From assembly GCF_055900595.2 (NCBI RefSeq), contig NZ_CM148325.1: a stretch of 64,000 bases of DNA. One strand, written 5' to 3'. Positions 24,493-35,549 of this stretch are shown piece by piece (the stretch's first letter is position 1; each line of letters opens with the position of its first letter). Position numbers and translations under genes: made by a program. The notes beneath the pieces were generated by a model. That model had not been told where the DNA came from. It worked only from the letters and a program-made list of their open reading frames with translations, and made no database searches.

Positions 24493-24515
24493 ATTTGCTC
24501 CAGGCAATGAATATA

Positions 24516-26606
24516 TTACGCCTTCGAATCCCGTAACTTCCGACTCAACCAAATCCCATGATGCGGTCGCTGCCGCCATGCCATCGACGAAATGGTGTGC
24601 ATGGTGTTCAGATGACCAATAACCCGCTGTAAATGCTGCTCCAGCGTGCCTGCTGCACCTTCGTGCGGCTGCATCTCCGGCGCATCCATAATATTGGCAT
24701 CGCCAGAACTACCTGGTTCGTCATATTCCAGTCGCTGCTGACAACGCTGAATGGCGATTTCACAAGACTGCAAATATTCTTGCGCCAGTTCAGGTGGCAA
24801 TGCCCGGTGTTCCCGTGCCAGCGTGGTCATGGCATTGATATGCTCAACAATAAACTGACTGTGCGTTACCCACAGTTTCATATCTGCCAGATAATGGCTG
24901 TTGAATGCCGGTTCCTGCATCGCCTGATTCAATGAGTTATACAGAGTGTTATGCGCCTGATTCACCCGCATTCGCTGCCAGGCCAGTGGCGTTGGTTGCG
25001 GATCCTCGCTCAGAATCAAACGAATCGCTTCCTGATAGGCTTCTAAAGCGTCATGGGCGTTCTTACGCAATAAGCCACTCTGCCACTGCGGCCACAGCCA
25101 GACAGTTCCGCCGAAAGCAATCAAACAACCAATAATGGTGTCGATAAGACGCGGAAGGATGTACTGCTCGCCGTTCAACCACAATAGTTGCAGGGTATAC
25201 ACCGCAGTAATGGTAAAACCGACCGTCGCCCAGCCGTAGTTTTTGCGTAATATCAGGTAGCTGGCGAGGGTGGTAATCAGCATCAAGGTCAGGGTGTAAC
25301 CTTCGGGAATTTTAAAGTGCAGGGCAACGCCCGCAATGATTAACCCGACCACGGTTCCCACGGAGCGATTCACAATCCTCAGACGGGTTGCGCCATAGCC
25401 ATTTTGCGTCACCAGCAATACCGTCATCAGGATCCAGTACGACTTCGGTAGATGCAGTGCGGTGCCCATCAGGCTGGCAACGCTTAACATCACACTGAGT
25501 CGTCCGGCATTGCGTAGCGCCGGAGACTTTAGTGACAGATAACTTTTCAGCGCCGGAAGTAACGGCATTCGCCGCTGTTTATCGGCCAGTAAGTCACGGG
25601 CATAGAGCGGTTTTTGGGTGCGCAGCACGCGGGCGATGCGGCTGAAGTGCCAATAGCAGAATTGCCCAACAGGATTATCCGGATGCTGGCGGGCGATTTT
25701 TTCCAGTGCGCCAATTTGTTTTTCCATCGTAAAGCGCGTCGGCAGGCGATGGTAAAGAATGTCATCAGCCAGCACGCGCAGGCGAGTGGCGACAGTTTGC
25801 GCATTCCAGCGGATAACTTCTTCCGCATGGCTACGCTCGACCAGCTTTTGCACCTCTTCCGGTTGATGCAAGCTGACCGAAATATGTTCCTGTAAATCCA
25901 GCGCCTCCTGGAAAATACGCAGCATCCGCTTGTAATCGGTATTATTTTGCGCGGAAAGCATATGCATTTGCTGATAGCACTGGGTAATTAAATCGACCGC
26001 TTTTTGCTGGCGCACCAGCAGCGGCGGCAGCGCTTTTTCAGGGTCGGTGTGCTGGGTAAGCAGGCTGTATTTAGCTTCGCAATAATCTGCCAGTTCACGG
26101 TACAGCAGACTTAGTGACTCGCGTAGCGGTTGTTCGCGCCAGAGCCAGAACCAAAACCAGTTAAACAGTCCGTACCACAACGTGCCCAGCGCATAGATCA
26201 GCAACGGTTCCCAGACAGGCATGTATCCCGCCAGACTGAGGGTAAAAATGGCGGCGAGTAGTGATGCGGGAAGCAATTTTGCGTGCAATGGCCCCAGCTC
26301 AGCAGTGACGCCAAGTACCAGTGTTAATCCGGTCAGCAAAAAGGGCAGGGGAACATCTTTTGCCAGTAACAGCTGCGTCAGCAAGCTACAGGTGGCAAAC
26401 AGCGACGCACCAATGATTAAGCGTTTGAAAAAACGTTTATGAGGCGTATCAAGGCCCGCAATATTGCAACAAGCAGGAACGAGGGAGAAGAGCAGACCGA
26501 ATCGTAATTCGCCAAGCATTAACCCAACGGCCACGGGCAAACATAGCACCAGCGTTTGTCGAAGTGCATAGTTGATATCGGGGTGATAAATCAGTCTGCG
26601 CCACAT
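24516..26606 (-). CDS. yhfK: large inner-membrane protein of the fusaric-acid-resistance / aromatic acid exporter-like family
   Basis: Start taken at internal ATG (MWRRLIYHPD..., 696 aa); track ORF extends 4 codons upstream to a TTG. Confidence 0.8.
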   Translation of the reverse strand: MWRRLIYHPDINYALRQTLVLCLPVAVGLMLGELRFGLLFSLVPACCNIAGLDTPHKRFFKRLIIGASLFATCSLLTQLLLAKDVPLPFLLTGLTLVLGVTAELGPLHAKLLPASLLAAIFTLSLAGYMPVWEPLLIYALGTLWYGLFNWFWFWLWREQPLRESLSLLYRELADYCEAKYSLLTQHTDPEKALPPLLVRQQKAVDLITQCYQQMHMLSAQNNTDYKRMLRIFQEALDLQEHISVSLHQPEEVQKLVERSHAEEVIRWNAQTVATRLRVLADDILYHRLPTRFTMEKQIGALEKIARQHPDNPVGQFCYWHFSRIARVLRTQKPLYARDLLADKQRRMPLLPALKSYLSLKSPALRNAGRLSVMLSVASLMGTALHLPKSYWILMTVLLVTQNGYGATRLRIVNRSVGTVVGLIIAGVALHFKIPEGYTLTLMLITTLASYLILRKNYGWATVGFTITAVYTLQLLWLNGEQYILPRLIDTIIGCLIAFGGTVWLWPQWQSGLLRKNAHDALEAYQEAIRLILSEDPQPTPLAWQRMRVNQAHNTLYNSLNQAMQEPAFNSHYLADMKLWVTHSQFIVEHINAMTTLAREHRALPPELAQEYLQSCEIAIQRCQQRLEYDEPGSSGDANIMDAPEMQPHEGAAGTLEQHLQRVIGHLNTMHTISSMAWRQRPHHGIWLSRKLRDSKA

Positions 26607-26656
26607 CGGGGGAAACAAAATGGCGCGCTACTCAGTAACGCGCCACTCCGACGGGA

Positions 26657-27289
26657 TTAACGAGTGCCGTAAACGACGATGGTTTTACCGTGTGCGGAGA
26701 TCAGGTTCTGATCTTCCAGCATCTTCAGAATGCGTCCCACGGTTTCACGAGAACAGCCGACAATCTGACCAATTTCCTGACGGGTAATTTTGATTTGCAT
26801 ACCGTCCGGGTGAGTCATAGCATCCGGTTGTTTTGCCAGGTTCAGCAGAGTCTGTGCAATGCGGCCCGTCACGTCGAGGAACGCCAGGTTGCCCACTTTC
26901 TCTGAAGTGACTTGCAGACGACGCGCCATCTGTGCAGACAGACGCATCAGAATGTCCGGGTTTACCTGAATCAATTGGCGAAATTTTTTGTACGAAATTT
27001 CAGCCACTTCACAGGCGGTTTTCGCACGTACCCATGCGCTACGTTCCTGGCCCTCTTCAAACAGGCCCAGTTCGCCAATAAAATCACCCTGATTCAGATA
27101 GGAGAGGATCATTTCTTTACCCTCTTCGTCTTTGATCAGCACTGCCACAGAGCCTTTAACGATGTAGTACAGCGTTTCCGCTTTTTCACCCTGGTGAATA
27201 AGCGTGCTCTTGGATGGGTACTTATGAATGTGGCAATGAGACAAGAACCATTCGAGAGTCGGGTCTGTTTGCGGTTTGCCAAGCACCAT
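26657..27289 (-). CDS. crp: cAMP receptor protein (global transcription factor)
   Basis: 210-aa ORF with cNMP-binding domain and C-terminal HTH ([11 protein letters not shown]). Confidence 0.97.
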
Positions 27290-27590
27290 GCGCGGTTATC
27301 CTCTGTTATAAGCTTTCTCCAGAGCCAGATAACGCCGCTGTCTCTGGATTGCCGAAATATGCTTCCCGCTACCTGGGAAGGGGCTATCAACTGTACTGCA
27401 CGGTAATGTGACGTCCTTTGCATACATGCAGTACATCAATGTATTACTGTAGCATCCTGACTGTTTTAGCATAGCTTTCGCTTTGTGTCTCCTGGTGTCT
27501 CGCTTCAGCATGACCCAGGTCGCCTTCCGTTGCGCGATTTGGTTAGTACGCGTACTCTGTCAGGAAAATTGACGCAGTGGAGTAGCAAAA
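27290..27590. promoter_or_regulatory. crp/yhfA divergent promoter region (long crp 5' leader)
   Basis: 301-bp intergenic region between divergent genes; short track ORFs here have no coding signature. Confidence 0.5.
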
Positions 27591-27995
27591 ATGCAAGCGC
27601 GAGTGAAGTGGGTCGAAGGGTTAACTTTTCTGGGCGAATCCGCCTCTGGTCACCAGATTTTAATGGACGGCAACTCAGGCGATAAAGCGCCAAGTCCGAT
27701 GGAAATGGTGTTGATGGCGGCGGGGGGCTGTAGCGCCATCGATGTGGTTTCTATCCTGCAAAAGGGGCGTCAGGATGTGGTCGATTGTGAAGTAAAATTG
27801 ACCTCTGAACGCCGCGAAGAGGCACCACGCCTGTTTACGCACATTAATCTGCATTTTATCGTCACCGGTCGCGACCTGAAAGACGCAGCGGTTTCGCGTG
27901 CGGTAGATCTCTCTGCCGAGAAATATTGTTCAGTGGCGTTGATGCTGGAAAAAGCGGTGAATATTACTCACTCGTATGAAGTGGTTGCCGCGTGA
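27591..27995 (+). CDS. yhfA: OsmC/Ohr-family protein
   Basis: 134-aa ORF. Confidence 0.8.
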   Translation: MQARVKWVEGLTFLGESASGHQILMDGNSGDKAPSPMEMVLMAAGGCSAIDVVSILQKGRQDVVDCEVKLTSERREEAPRLFTHINLHFIVTGRDLKDAAVSRAVDLSAEKYCSVALMLEKAVNITHSYEVVAA

Positions 27996-28013
27996 TTTGA
28001 TGTCAGGAGTACG

Positions 28014-28039
28014 ATGCCGGATAATTGTTTATCCGGCAT
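28014..28039. terminator. bidirectional terminator-like palindrome between convergent yhfA and prkB
   Basis: ATGCCGGATAA-ttgt-TTATCCGGCAT perfect 11-bp inverted repeat. Confidence 0.55.
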
Positions 28040-28049
28040 ATTAGCAGAG

Positions 28050-28919
28050 TTACTCGATTTTCTTTCCTTCCATCAATCGTTGCACCAGTGGCAGCATAAT
28101 TAACTCCATTGCCAGACCCATTTTACCGCCCGGCACCACTAATGTATTGATGTGGGAAATGAATGAGCCCTGCAACATCGCCAGCAGCCAGGGGAAATCG
28201 ATCCCTTCCAGATTACGAAAATGGATCACCACAAAGCTTTCATCCAGCGACGGGATAGCTTTTGCCGCGAACGGGTTTGAGGTGTCAACGGTGGGGACGC
28301 GCTGGAAGTTAAGATGGGTGCGGGAAAACTGCGGTGTGATGTAGTTGATATAGTCTTCCATTGAGCGCACTACTGAGTCCATCACTGCTTCTCGTGAGTG
28401 CCCGCGCTCGCTGGTGTCGCGGATCAGTTTTTGAATCCACTCAAGGTTAACGATAGGCACCACGCCAACCAGTAAATCCACATGCTGCGCAACGTTATGA
28501 TGTGGCGTGACGACGCCACCGTGTAGCCCTTCATAAAACAGTACATCAGTGGGTTCCGGTAAAGGTTGCCATGGGGTGAATGTTCCCGGCACCTGATTCC
28601 ACGGTACGGCTTCGTCGTACGTATGCAGATATTTGCGTGATTTTCCTTTGCCGCTCTGACCGTATTCAATGAAGGTTTGTTCCAGCAGGCCGAAGTCGTT
28701 CGCTTCGGGGCCAAAGTAGCTGATATGCCGCCCGGCATCACGCGCCTTGCGGATCGCCATGTCCATTTCCGGGCGCGTGTAACGGTGAAAACTGTCGCCT
28801 TCCACCTCAGCTGCATGCAGATTTAACTGCGCGAATATTTTACGAAACGCGAGACTGGTGGTGGTGGTCCCCGCGCCGCTGGATCCTGTTACCGCAATGA
28901 CCGGATGTTTGGCAGACAT
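28050..28919 (-). CDS. prkB: phosphoribulokinase homologue
   Basis: 289-aa ORF with P-loop GSSGAGTTT. Confidence 0.85.
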   Translation of the reverse strand: MSAKHPVIAVTGSSGAGTTTTSLAFRKIFAQLNLHAAEVEGDSFHRYTRPEMDMAIRKARDAGRHISYFGPEANDFGLLEQTFIEYGQSGKGKSRKYLHTYDEAVPWNQVPGTFTPWQPLPEPTDVLFYEGLHGGVVTPHHNVAQHVDLLVGVVPIVNLEWIQKLIRDTSERGHSREAVMDSVVRSMEDYINYITPQFSRTHLNFQRVPTVDTSNPFAAKAIPSLDESFVVIHFRNLEGIDFPWLLAMLQGSFISHINTLVVPGGKMGLAMELIMLPLVQRLMEGKKIE

Positions 28920-28972
28920 AGTAACTCCATGACTTAGCTATCATTATTATCTCGTCCGCCGACGGCTGCAGG

Positions 28973-29191
28973 TTATTCGCGAAACTGACTGCGCGGCATG
29001 ATATTGACCGTTTCGTGCAGCTCCGACCATACCAGCACCGCTTCTCCGCACTGTAGCTGGCGTTTGACGTCGGCGACTTTCTGTTCAAGTGTACGCTCAT
29101 GTTCACCATAATCGGTGCCTTCGCGTAACACAAAACTTTCAATTAAATTTTCCAGCGTTTCGGGGGAGAGTTCTTGCCACGGAATCAACAT
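28973..29191 (-). CDS. yheU: small conserved protein (YheU family)
   Basis: 72-aa ORF overlapping yheT 3' end by 7 nt. Confidence 0.7.
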   Translation of the reverse strand: MLIPWQELSPETLENLIESFVLREGTDYGEHERTLEQKVADVKRQLQCGEAVLVWSELHETVNIMPRSQFRE

Positions 29192-30207
29192 GATTTCGCC
29201 TCCAGATACGTTGTTAACCAGTCAGGAATGCGTGACTCCAGCCACATTTGCGGATGAAATAATGTACCGCCAAGAAAGCCAACATGACCACCATGTTCAG
29301 TCAGTTGATACTCCACCTGCGGGGGGAGATTTTCCGGTTTCGGGATCACCTGATGATCCATAAACGGATCGTCTTTGGCGTGAATAATCAGTGTCGGTTT
29401 GGCGATCTGGTTCAGCATCGGCATGGCGCTACACTGACGATAATAGTCGATAGCGTCAGCGTAGCCGTGAATTCTGGCGGTGATCAGATCGTCAAATTCA
29501 CGGATGCGACGTACCGATTTTAACTGTGCGAGATTAATCGGCAGCGTACCGGGATAGGCTGCCAGTTTGCGCGCAGCATTGGCTTTTAACAGGTTCAGCA
29601 AGTAACGCTGATAAACGCGGGAAAAGCCCTTTTCCATATGATAACTACAGGCTTCCAGCATAAATGGCGCGGAGACAATTACCGCTGCATCAATCGAGAG
29701 GTTATTACCTTCTTTTGCCAGCAAACAGGCGAGCATATTACCGCCGAGCGAATAGCCGACGGCAGCCGTTGGCGCATGTCCAAATTCGCGCTGCAGCCAG
29801 CGTAAAAACCAGCTGGCGTCTTCAGTTTCGCCCGAATGGTAAATGCGGTGCATACGGTTTGGTTCACCGCTGCATCCGCGAAAATGCATCACCACGCCCA
29901 GCCAGCCGCGTTTTTGCGCCGCCTCGACCAGACCGTGGGCGTAAGGGCTATTGAGGCTGCCCTCCAGCCCGTGAAACACCACTAAACGCGGTTTCTGTTT
30001 CGCCTGGGCAGGGTCTTCACTCCATGCGAGATCGACAAAATCGCCGTCGGGCAACTCCAGTCGCTGCCAGTGCGGGGTGAATTTCACCTTGCGACGAAAC
30101 AGACGCGGCAGCATGGTTTGCAGATGACAATTGCTAAAGCCGCGCATAGGGGTGAATTCAGCACTGCTGCTGAATTCATTGGCATCGGTCGTCGTTATCT
30201 GCGCCAT
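29185..30207 (-). CDS. yheT: alpha/beta-hydrolase-fold protein
   Basis: 340-aa ORF with GYSLGG nucleophile elbow. Confidence 0.8.
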   Translation of the reverse strand: MAQITTTDANEFSSSAEFTPMRGFSNCHLQTMLPRLFRRKVKFTPHWQRLELPDGDFVDLAWSEDPAQAKQKPRLVVFHGLEGSLNSPYAHGLVEAAQKRGWLGVVMHFRGCSGEPNRMHRIYHSGETEDASWFLRWLQREFGHAPTAAVGYSLGGNMLACLLAKEGNNLSIDAAVIVSAPFMLEACSYHMEKGFSRVYQRYLLNLLKANAARKLAAYPGTLPINLAQLKSVRRIREFDDLITARIHGYADAIDYYRQCSAMPMLNQIAKPTLIIHAKDDPFMDHQVIPKPENLPPQVEYQLTEHGGHVGFLGGTLFHPQMWLESRIPDWLTTYLEAKSC

Positions 30208-32120
30208 CAGTTGCTTTGGCCTTCCAGCAGCATCTGCTCAAGCTGCTCCTGGGCTTCCAGCCACGCCATTTCGCACTCTTCCAGCCCGGATTTGGCGCTG
30301 GCTTGCTGTTGCAGGCAGGCGGTCAACTCCGCTTTACGGCTTTGATCGTACAGTTCGCTGTCGCCGAGTTTCTCTTCCGCCTGCGCCAGTTGCGCGTTCA
30401 GCTTCTCCATCTCTTTTTCCAGACGGGCGATTTCTTTACGCAGTGGCTGGGTTTGCGCACGCAGCTCCGCTTCCCGACGCTTCTGGTCTTTACGTGCCTG
30501 GGCGCTGTTCGCGTTCTCTTTTGGCGCGTCGTCGGTCTGGTTTTCCTGCTTTTGAACGTCGCTCAACCACTGTTGATAATCTTCCAGATCGCCGTCGAAC
30601 GGTTCGACTTTACGATCGTGAACCAGATAGAGATCGTCAGTGGTGGAACGCAACAAATGGCGGTCGTGCGAAACGACAACCAATGCGCCTTCAAACTCGA
30701 TCAACGCTTCAGTCAGTGCCTGGCGCATGTCGAGGTCAAGGTGGTTAGTCGGTTCGTCGAGCAGCAGTAGATTCGGACGCTGCCAGACGATTAATGCCAG
30801 CACCAGGCGGGCTTTTTCCCCACCGGAGAAACGGCGCGTTTCTTCCGTCACTTTATCGCCCTGGAAACCAAAGCCGCCGAGGTAATCACGCAGTTTTTGT
30901 TCTAGTTCCTGCGGTGCTAAACGTGCCAGATGTTGAATAGGCGATTCGTCGGCGCGTAGATATTCCAGTTGATGCTGGGCGAAGTAACCGAGTTTGATCC
31001 CTTTCGCCAGGCCAATTTCACCGCTGACAGGCGCAAGTTCTCCGGCTAACAGTTTGATCAATGTCGATTTACCCGCGCCGTTGCGGCCTAACAGACCAAT
31101 GCGCGAACCCGGCACCAGATTCAGTTTAATCGAGTCGAGAATAATGCGATCGCCATAACCTGCGCTGACCTTTTCCATTTTCAACAACGGATTAGGCAGG
31201 CTTTCCGGCGCGCGGAAGCTAAAGCGGAACGGGTTGTCGACGTGCGCGGGGGCAATCAGCTCCATACGCTCGAGCATCTTAATACGGCTCTGGGCCTGCT
31301 TCGCTTTGGTGGCTTTGGCACGGAAACGGTCGATATAACTTTGCAGATGTGCCACGCGCTCTTGCTGGCTTTCATACATCGCCTGTTGCTGCGCCAGACG
31401 GGTGGCGCGCTGTACTTCAAACGAGCTGTAGTTGCCGGTGTACTCGAACATGTTTTGCTGTTCGATATGAATAATTTTATCAACAATCGGATCGAGGAAG
31501 TCGCGGTCGTGGGAGATCAGGATCAGCGTGCCCTGATAGCTCTTCAGCCATTTTTCCAGCCAGATAACAGCATCGAGATCGAGGTGGTTAGTTGGTTCGT
31601 CGAGCAGCAGCAAGTCTGAACGGCAAATCAGCGCCTGGGCGAGGTTGAGACGCATACGCCAGCCACCGGAGAAATCACTTACCGGGCGCTCCAGTTGTTC
31701 ATTGCTGAAACCGAGGCCGTGCAGCAGGCTGGCGGCGCGGGAGCGAATACTCCATGCGTCAATAGCATCCAGCTTGCCATGAATGGTCGCAATGGCGTGC
31801 CCGTCGTTACGTTCGTTGGCGTCGTGTAGCTGCGCTTCCAGTTGACGATATTCACGGTCGCCGTCAATGACATATTCCAGCGCCGCTTGCGGTAGCGCTG
31901 GTGTTTCCTGATTCACCCACGCCAGTTGCCAGCTTCCTGGAAAGGTGTAGCTGCCGCCGTCGGCGCTGATTTCATTTTTCAGCAATGCCAGCAGGGTAGA
32001 TTTACCACAGCCGTTTTTACCCACCAGGCCAACTTTCTGCCCGGGGTTGATGGTGGCGGTGGCATTATCCAGCAGGACGCGCACGCCGCGACGAATTTGT
32101 AACGAGGAGAAAACAATCAT
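30207..32120 (-). CDS. yheS: ABC-F family ATPase (two ABC domains, no TM domain; ribosome-associated class)
   Basis: 637-aa ORF with two Walker A motifs (GKNGCGKST, GRNGAGKST) and two LSGG signatures. Confidence 0.9.
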   Translation of the reverse strand: MIVFSSLQIRRGVRVLLDNATATINPGQKVGLVGKNGCGKSTLLALLKNEISADGGSYTFPGSWQLAWVNQETPALPQAALEYVIDGDREYRQLEAQLHDANERNDGHAIATIHGKLDAIDAWSIRSRAASLLHGLGFSNEQLERPVSDFSGGWRMRLNLAQALICRSDLLLLDEPTNHLDLDAVIWLEKWLKSYQGTLILISHDRDFLDPIVDKIIHIEQQNMFEYTGNYSSFEVQRATRLAQQQAMYESQQERVAHLQSYIDRFRAKATKAKQAQSRIKMLERMELIAPAHVDNPFRFSFRAPESLPNPLLKMEKVSAGYGDRIILDSIKLNLVPGSRIGLLGRNGAGKSTLIKLLAGELAPVSGEIGLAKGIKLGYFAQHQLEYLRADESPIQHLARLAPQELEQKLRDYLGGFGFQGDKVTEETRRFSGGEKARLVLALIVWQRPNLLLLDEPTNHLDLDMRQALTEALIEFEGALVVVSHDRHLLRSTTDDLYLVHDRKVEPFDGDLEDYQQWLSDVQKQENQTDDAPKENANSAQARKDQKRREAELRAQTQPLRKEIARLEKEMEKLNAQLAQAEEKLGDSELYDQSRKAELTACLQQQASAKSGLEECEMAWLEAQEQLEQMLLEGQSN

Positions 32121-32247
32121 AAGGCGCCGTATGTTCAGACTATGTTAACTTATCATTATGATAATGTAATGTATGGGCGAGCTGCCGCACCGGGCGCAAT
32201 GGTAGCCCAAAACAGCGACTATACACAAAAACCATACCGGGAGGGGG

Positions 32248-32952
32248 ATGATGTCTCAGCCAGCGAAAGTTTTGCTGCTGTATGCCCATCCGGAATCTCA
32301 GGACTCGGTGGCAAACCGGGTACTGCTTAAACCGGCCACGCAGCTCAGCAATGTTACCGTGCACGACCTTTATGCACACTATCCCGATTTTTTTATTGAT
32401 ATCCCCCGTGAGCAGGCATTACTGCGCGAGCACGAGGTGATTGTCTTTCAGCACCCTCTTTATACCTATAGCTGCCCGGCGCTACTGAAAGAGTGGCTGG
32501 ACCGGGTATTAAGCCGTGGTTTTGCCAGCGGGCCGGGAGGAAACCAACTGGCGGGAAAGTACTGGCGTAGCGTGATTACCACCGGCGAGCCGGAAAGTGC
32601 TTACCGTTATGACGCATTGAATCGCTACCCGATGAGCGATGTTCTGCGCCCCTTTGAGCTGGCGGCGGGCATGTGCCGGATGCATTGGTTAAGTCCTATC
32701 ATTATTTACTGGGCGAGACGGCAAAGCGCACAGGAGCTGGCGAGTCACGCCAGAGCCTACGGTGACTGGCTGGCAATCCGCTGTCTCCAGGAGGCTGCTG
32801 ATGGAAGGTTCCGATTTTTTACTCGCAGGAGTGCTGTTTCTCTTCGCGGCGGTGGCTGCGGTGCCGTTGGCATCGCGGCTGGGTATTGGCGCGGTGTTGG
32901 GATATTTGCTGGCAGGGATTGCAATTGGCCCGTGGGGGCTAGGGTTTATTAG
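32248..32952 (+). CDS. kefG: glutathione-regulated K+ efflux ancillary protein KefG (NAD(P)H quinone-oxidoreductase-like); 3' end apparently frameshifted
   Basis: As read, a 234-aa ORF running 152 nt into kefB; inserting one A at the AA pair around 32775-32776 restores a 184-aa product ending at TGA overlapping the kefB ATG. Confidence 0.8.
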
Positions 32953-34606
32953 CGACGTCGATGAGATCCTCCACTTTTCGGAACTCGGCGTGGTATTCCT
33001 GATGTTTATCATCGGCCTTGAGTTGAATCCCTCCAAGCTTTGGCAACTGCGCCGTTCGATTTTTGGCGTAGGCGCGGCACAGGTGCTGTTAAGCGCGGCG
33101 TTGCTGGCGGGATTATTGATGCTGACGGATTTCGCCTGGCAGGCGGCGGTGGTCGGTGGCATTGGCCTTGCGATGTCTTCAACTGCAATGGCGTTGCAAT
33201 TGATGCGTGAGAAAGGGATGAATCGCAGCGAATCCGGCCAGTTAGGTTTCTCGGTACTGCTGTTTCAGGATCTGGCGGTGATCCCGGCACTGGCGTTAGT
33301 ACCGCTGCTGGCGGGATCGGCAGATGAACATTTTGACTGGATGAAGATCGGCATGAAGGTGCTGGCGTTTGTCGGCATGCTGATTGGGGGGCGCTATTTA
33401 CTGCGTCCGGTATTCCGTTTTATTGCTGCTTCTGGCGTGCGGGAAGTGTTCACTGCCGCGACGCTGTTGCTGGTGTTGGGTTCCGCATTGTTTATGGATG
33501 CGCTGGGGTTGTCGATGGCGCTCGGTACGTTTATTGCGGGCGTGCTGCTGGCGGAAAGTGAATATCGCCATGAACTGGAAACGGCTATCGATCCCTTCAA
33601 AGGCTTGCTGCTCGGACTGTTTTTTATCTCTGTCGGCATGTCGCTCAACCTCGGGGTGCTTTATACCCATCTGTTGTGGGTAGTGATAAGCGTGGTTGTG
33701 CTGGTGGCGGTGAAAATTCTCGTGCTGTATTTGCTGGCGCGGCTGTATGGCGTGCGTAGCTCAGAGCGGATGCAGTTTGCTGGCGTGTTGAGTCAGGGCG
33801 GTGAGTTTGCCTTTGTCCTCTTTTCTACCGCTTCTTCACAACGCTTATTCCAGGGCGACCAGATGGCGCTATTGCTGGTGACGGTGACGCTTTCCATGAT
33901 GACCACGCCGCTGCTGATGAAGCTGGTGGATAAATGGCTATCCCGCCAGTTTAACGGACCGGAAGAAGAAGACGAAAAACCGTGGGTCAACGATGATAAA
34001 CCCCAGGTCATAGTCGTGGGCTTCGGACGTTTTGGGCAGGTGATTGGTCGTTTGTTGATGGCCAATAAAATGCGCATTACCGTGCTGGAGCGGGATATCA
34101 GTGCTGTTAACCTGATGCGCAAATATGGCTACAAAGTTTATTACGGCGACGCCACGCAGGTAGATCTTTTACGTTCTGCGGGTGCAGAGGCCGCAGAGTC
34201 AATCGTCATTACCTGTAACGAACCGGAAGACACCATGAAGCTGGTGGAAATATGCCAGCAGCACTTCCCGCATTTGCATATTCTTGCGCGAGCGCGCGGA
34301 CGTGTGGAAGCGCATGAGTTATTACAGGCCGGGGTGACGCAGTTTTCCCGTGAAACATTCTCCAGTGCGTTAGAGCTGGGGCGCAAGACGTTGGTTACGC
34401 TTGGGATGCATCCGCATCAGGCACAGCGGGCGCAACTGCATTTTCGCCGCCTGGATATGCGGATGTTGCGGGAGCTCATACCGATGCATGCCGATACCGT
34501 ACAAATTTCTCGCGCCAGGGAAGCCCGACGCGAACTGGAAGAGATCTTCCAGCGTGAAATGCAACAAGAACGACGCCAGCTGGATGGCTGGGATGAATTT
34601 GAGTAG
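32801..34606 (+). CDS. kefB: glutathione-regulated potassium-efflux system protein KefB
   Basis: 601-aa reading from ATG ([15 protein letters not shown]...) preceded by GGAGG; track ORF starts 13 codons upstream. Confidence 0.9.
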
Positions 34607-34615
34607 AGGATAACG

Positions 34616-34816
34616 ATGGCAATCCGAAAACGTTTTATTGCGGGCGCAAAATGCCCGGCCTGTCAGGCGCAGGATTCAATGGCGATGTGGCGCGAAAATA
34701 ATATTGATATTGTTGAATGTGTTAAGTGCGGACATCAAATGCGAGAAGCAGACAAAGAAGCCCGCGATCACGTTCGCAAAGATGAGCAAGTGATCGGGAT
34801 TTTTCATCCGGACTAG
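34616..34816 (+). CDS. yheV: small zinc-ribbon protein
   Basis: 66-aa ORF with CPAC...CVKCGH cysteine pairs. Confidence 0.7.
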   Translation: MAIRKRFIAGAKCPACQAQDSMAMWRENNIDIVECVKCGHQMREADKEARDHVRKDEQVIGIFHPD

Positions 34817-34910
34817 CGATATGCGCCGAGATTTTTTAAGCTAGTGAGTACACGGCTGCAGAATTCCGCTACAATCTGCGCCACTATTCTTCCCATGCTC
34901 AGGAGATATC

Positions 34911-35501
34911 ATGAAAGTAGCAAAAGACCTGGTGGTCAGCCTGGCCTATCAGGTACGTACAGAAGACGGTGTGTTGGTTGATGAGTCTCCGGTGAGTGCG
35001 CCGCTGGACTACCTGCATGGTCACGGTTCCCTGATCTCTGGCCTGGAAACGGCGCTGGAAGGTCACGAAGTTGGCGACAAATTTGATGTCGCTGTTGGCG
35101 CGAACGACGCTTATGGTCAATACGACGAAAACCTGGTGCAGCGCGTTCCTAAAGATGTATTTATGGGCGTTGATGAACTGCAGGTTGGTATGCGTTTCCT
35201 GGCTGAAACCGACCAGGGTCCGGTACCGGTTGAAATCACTGCGGTTGAAGACGATCACGTCGTGGTTGATGGTAACCACATGCTGGCCGGTCAGAACCTG
35301 AAATTCAACGTTGAAGTTGTGGCGATTCGCGAAGCGACTGAAGAAGAGCTGGCTCATGGCCACGTTCACGGTGCGCACGATCATCACCACGATCACGACC
35401 ACGACGGTTGCTGCGGTGGTCATGGCCACGATCACGGTCATGAGCACGGTGGCGAAGGCTGCTGTGGCGGTAAAGGTAACGGCGGTTGCGGTTGCCACTA
35501 A
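34911..35501 (+). CDS. slyD: FKBP-type peptidyl-prolyl isomerase SlyD with His/Cys-rich metal-binding tail
   Basis: 196-aa ORF; C-terminal tail HGHVHGAHDHHHDHDHDGCCGGHGHDHGHEHGGEGCCGG. Confidence 0.95.
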   Translation: MKVAKDLVVSLAYQVRTEDGVLVDESPVSAPLDYLHGHGSLISGLETALEGHEVGDKFDVAVGANDAYGQYDENLVQRVPKDVFMGVDELQVGMRFLAETDQGPVPVEITAVEDDHVVVDGNHMLAGQNLKFNVEVVAIREATEEELAHGHVHGAHDHHHDHDHDGCCGGHGHDHGHEHGGEGCCGGKGNGGCGCH

Positions 35502-35515
35502 TACCGAAAAAGTGA

Positions 35516-35545
35516 CAAAAAAGCGGGGAATCCCCGCTTTTTTTA
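35516..35545. terminator. bidirectional rho-independent terminator between convergent slyD and slyX
   Basis: AAAAAAGCGGGG-aat-CCCCGCTTTTTTT with A-run and T-run on either side. Confidence 0.8.
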
Positions 35546-35549
35546 CGCC

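Noticed and set aside
27296-27685. 71-aa and 66-aa ORFs in the crp/yhfA intergenic region
   Set aside because: They lie in the crp 5' leader and divergent promoter region, overlap each other, and have no ribosome-binding context.
30216-30885. 184-aa and 81-aa plus-strand ORFs opposite yheS
   Set aside because: Antisense to the well-supported ABC-F ATPase ORF.
34899-35498. 199-aa minus-strand ORF rich in V/T/A/M repeats
   Set aside because: Antisense to slyD; produced by the repetitive His/Gly/Cys codons of the SlyD tail.
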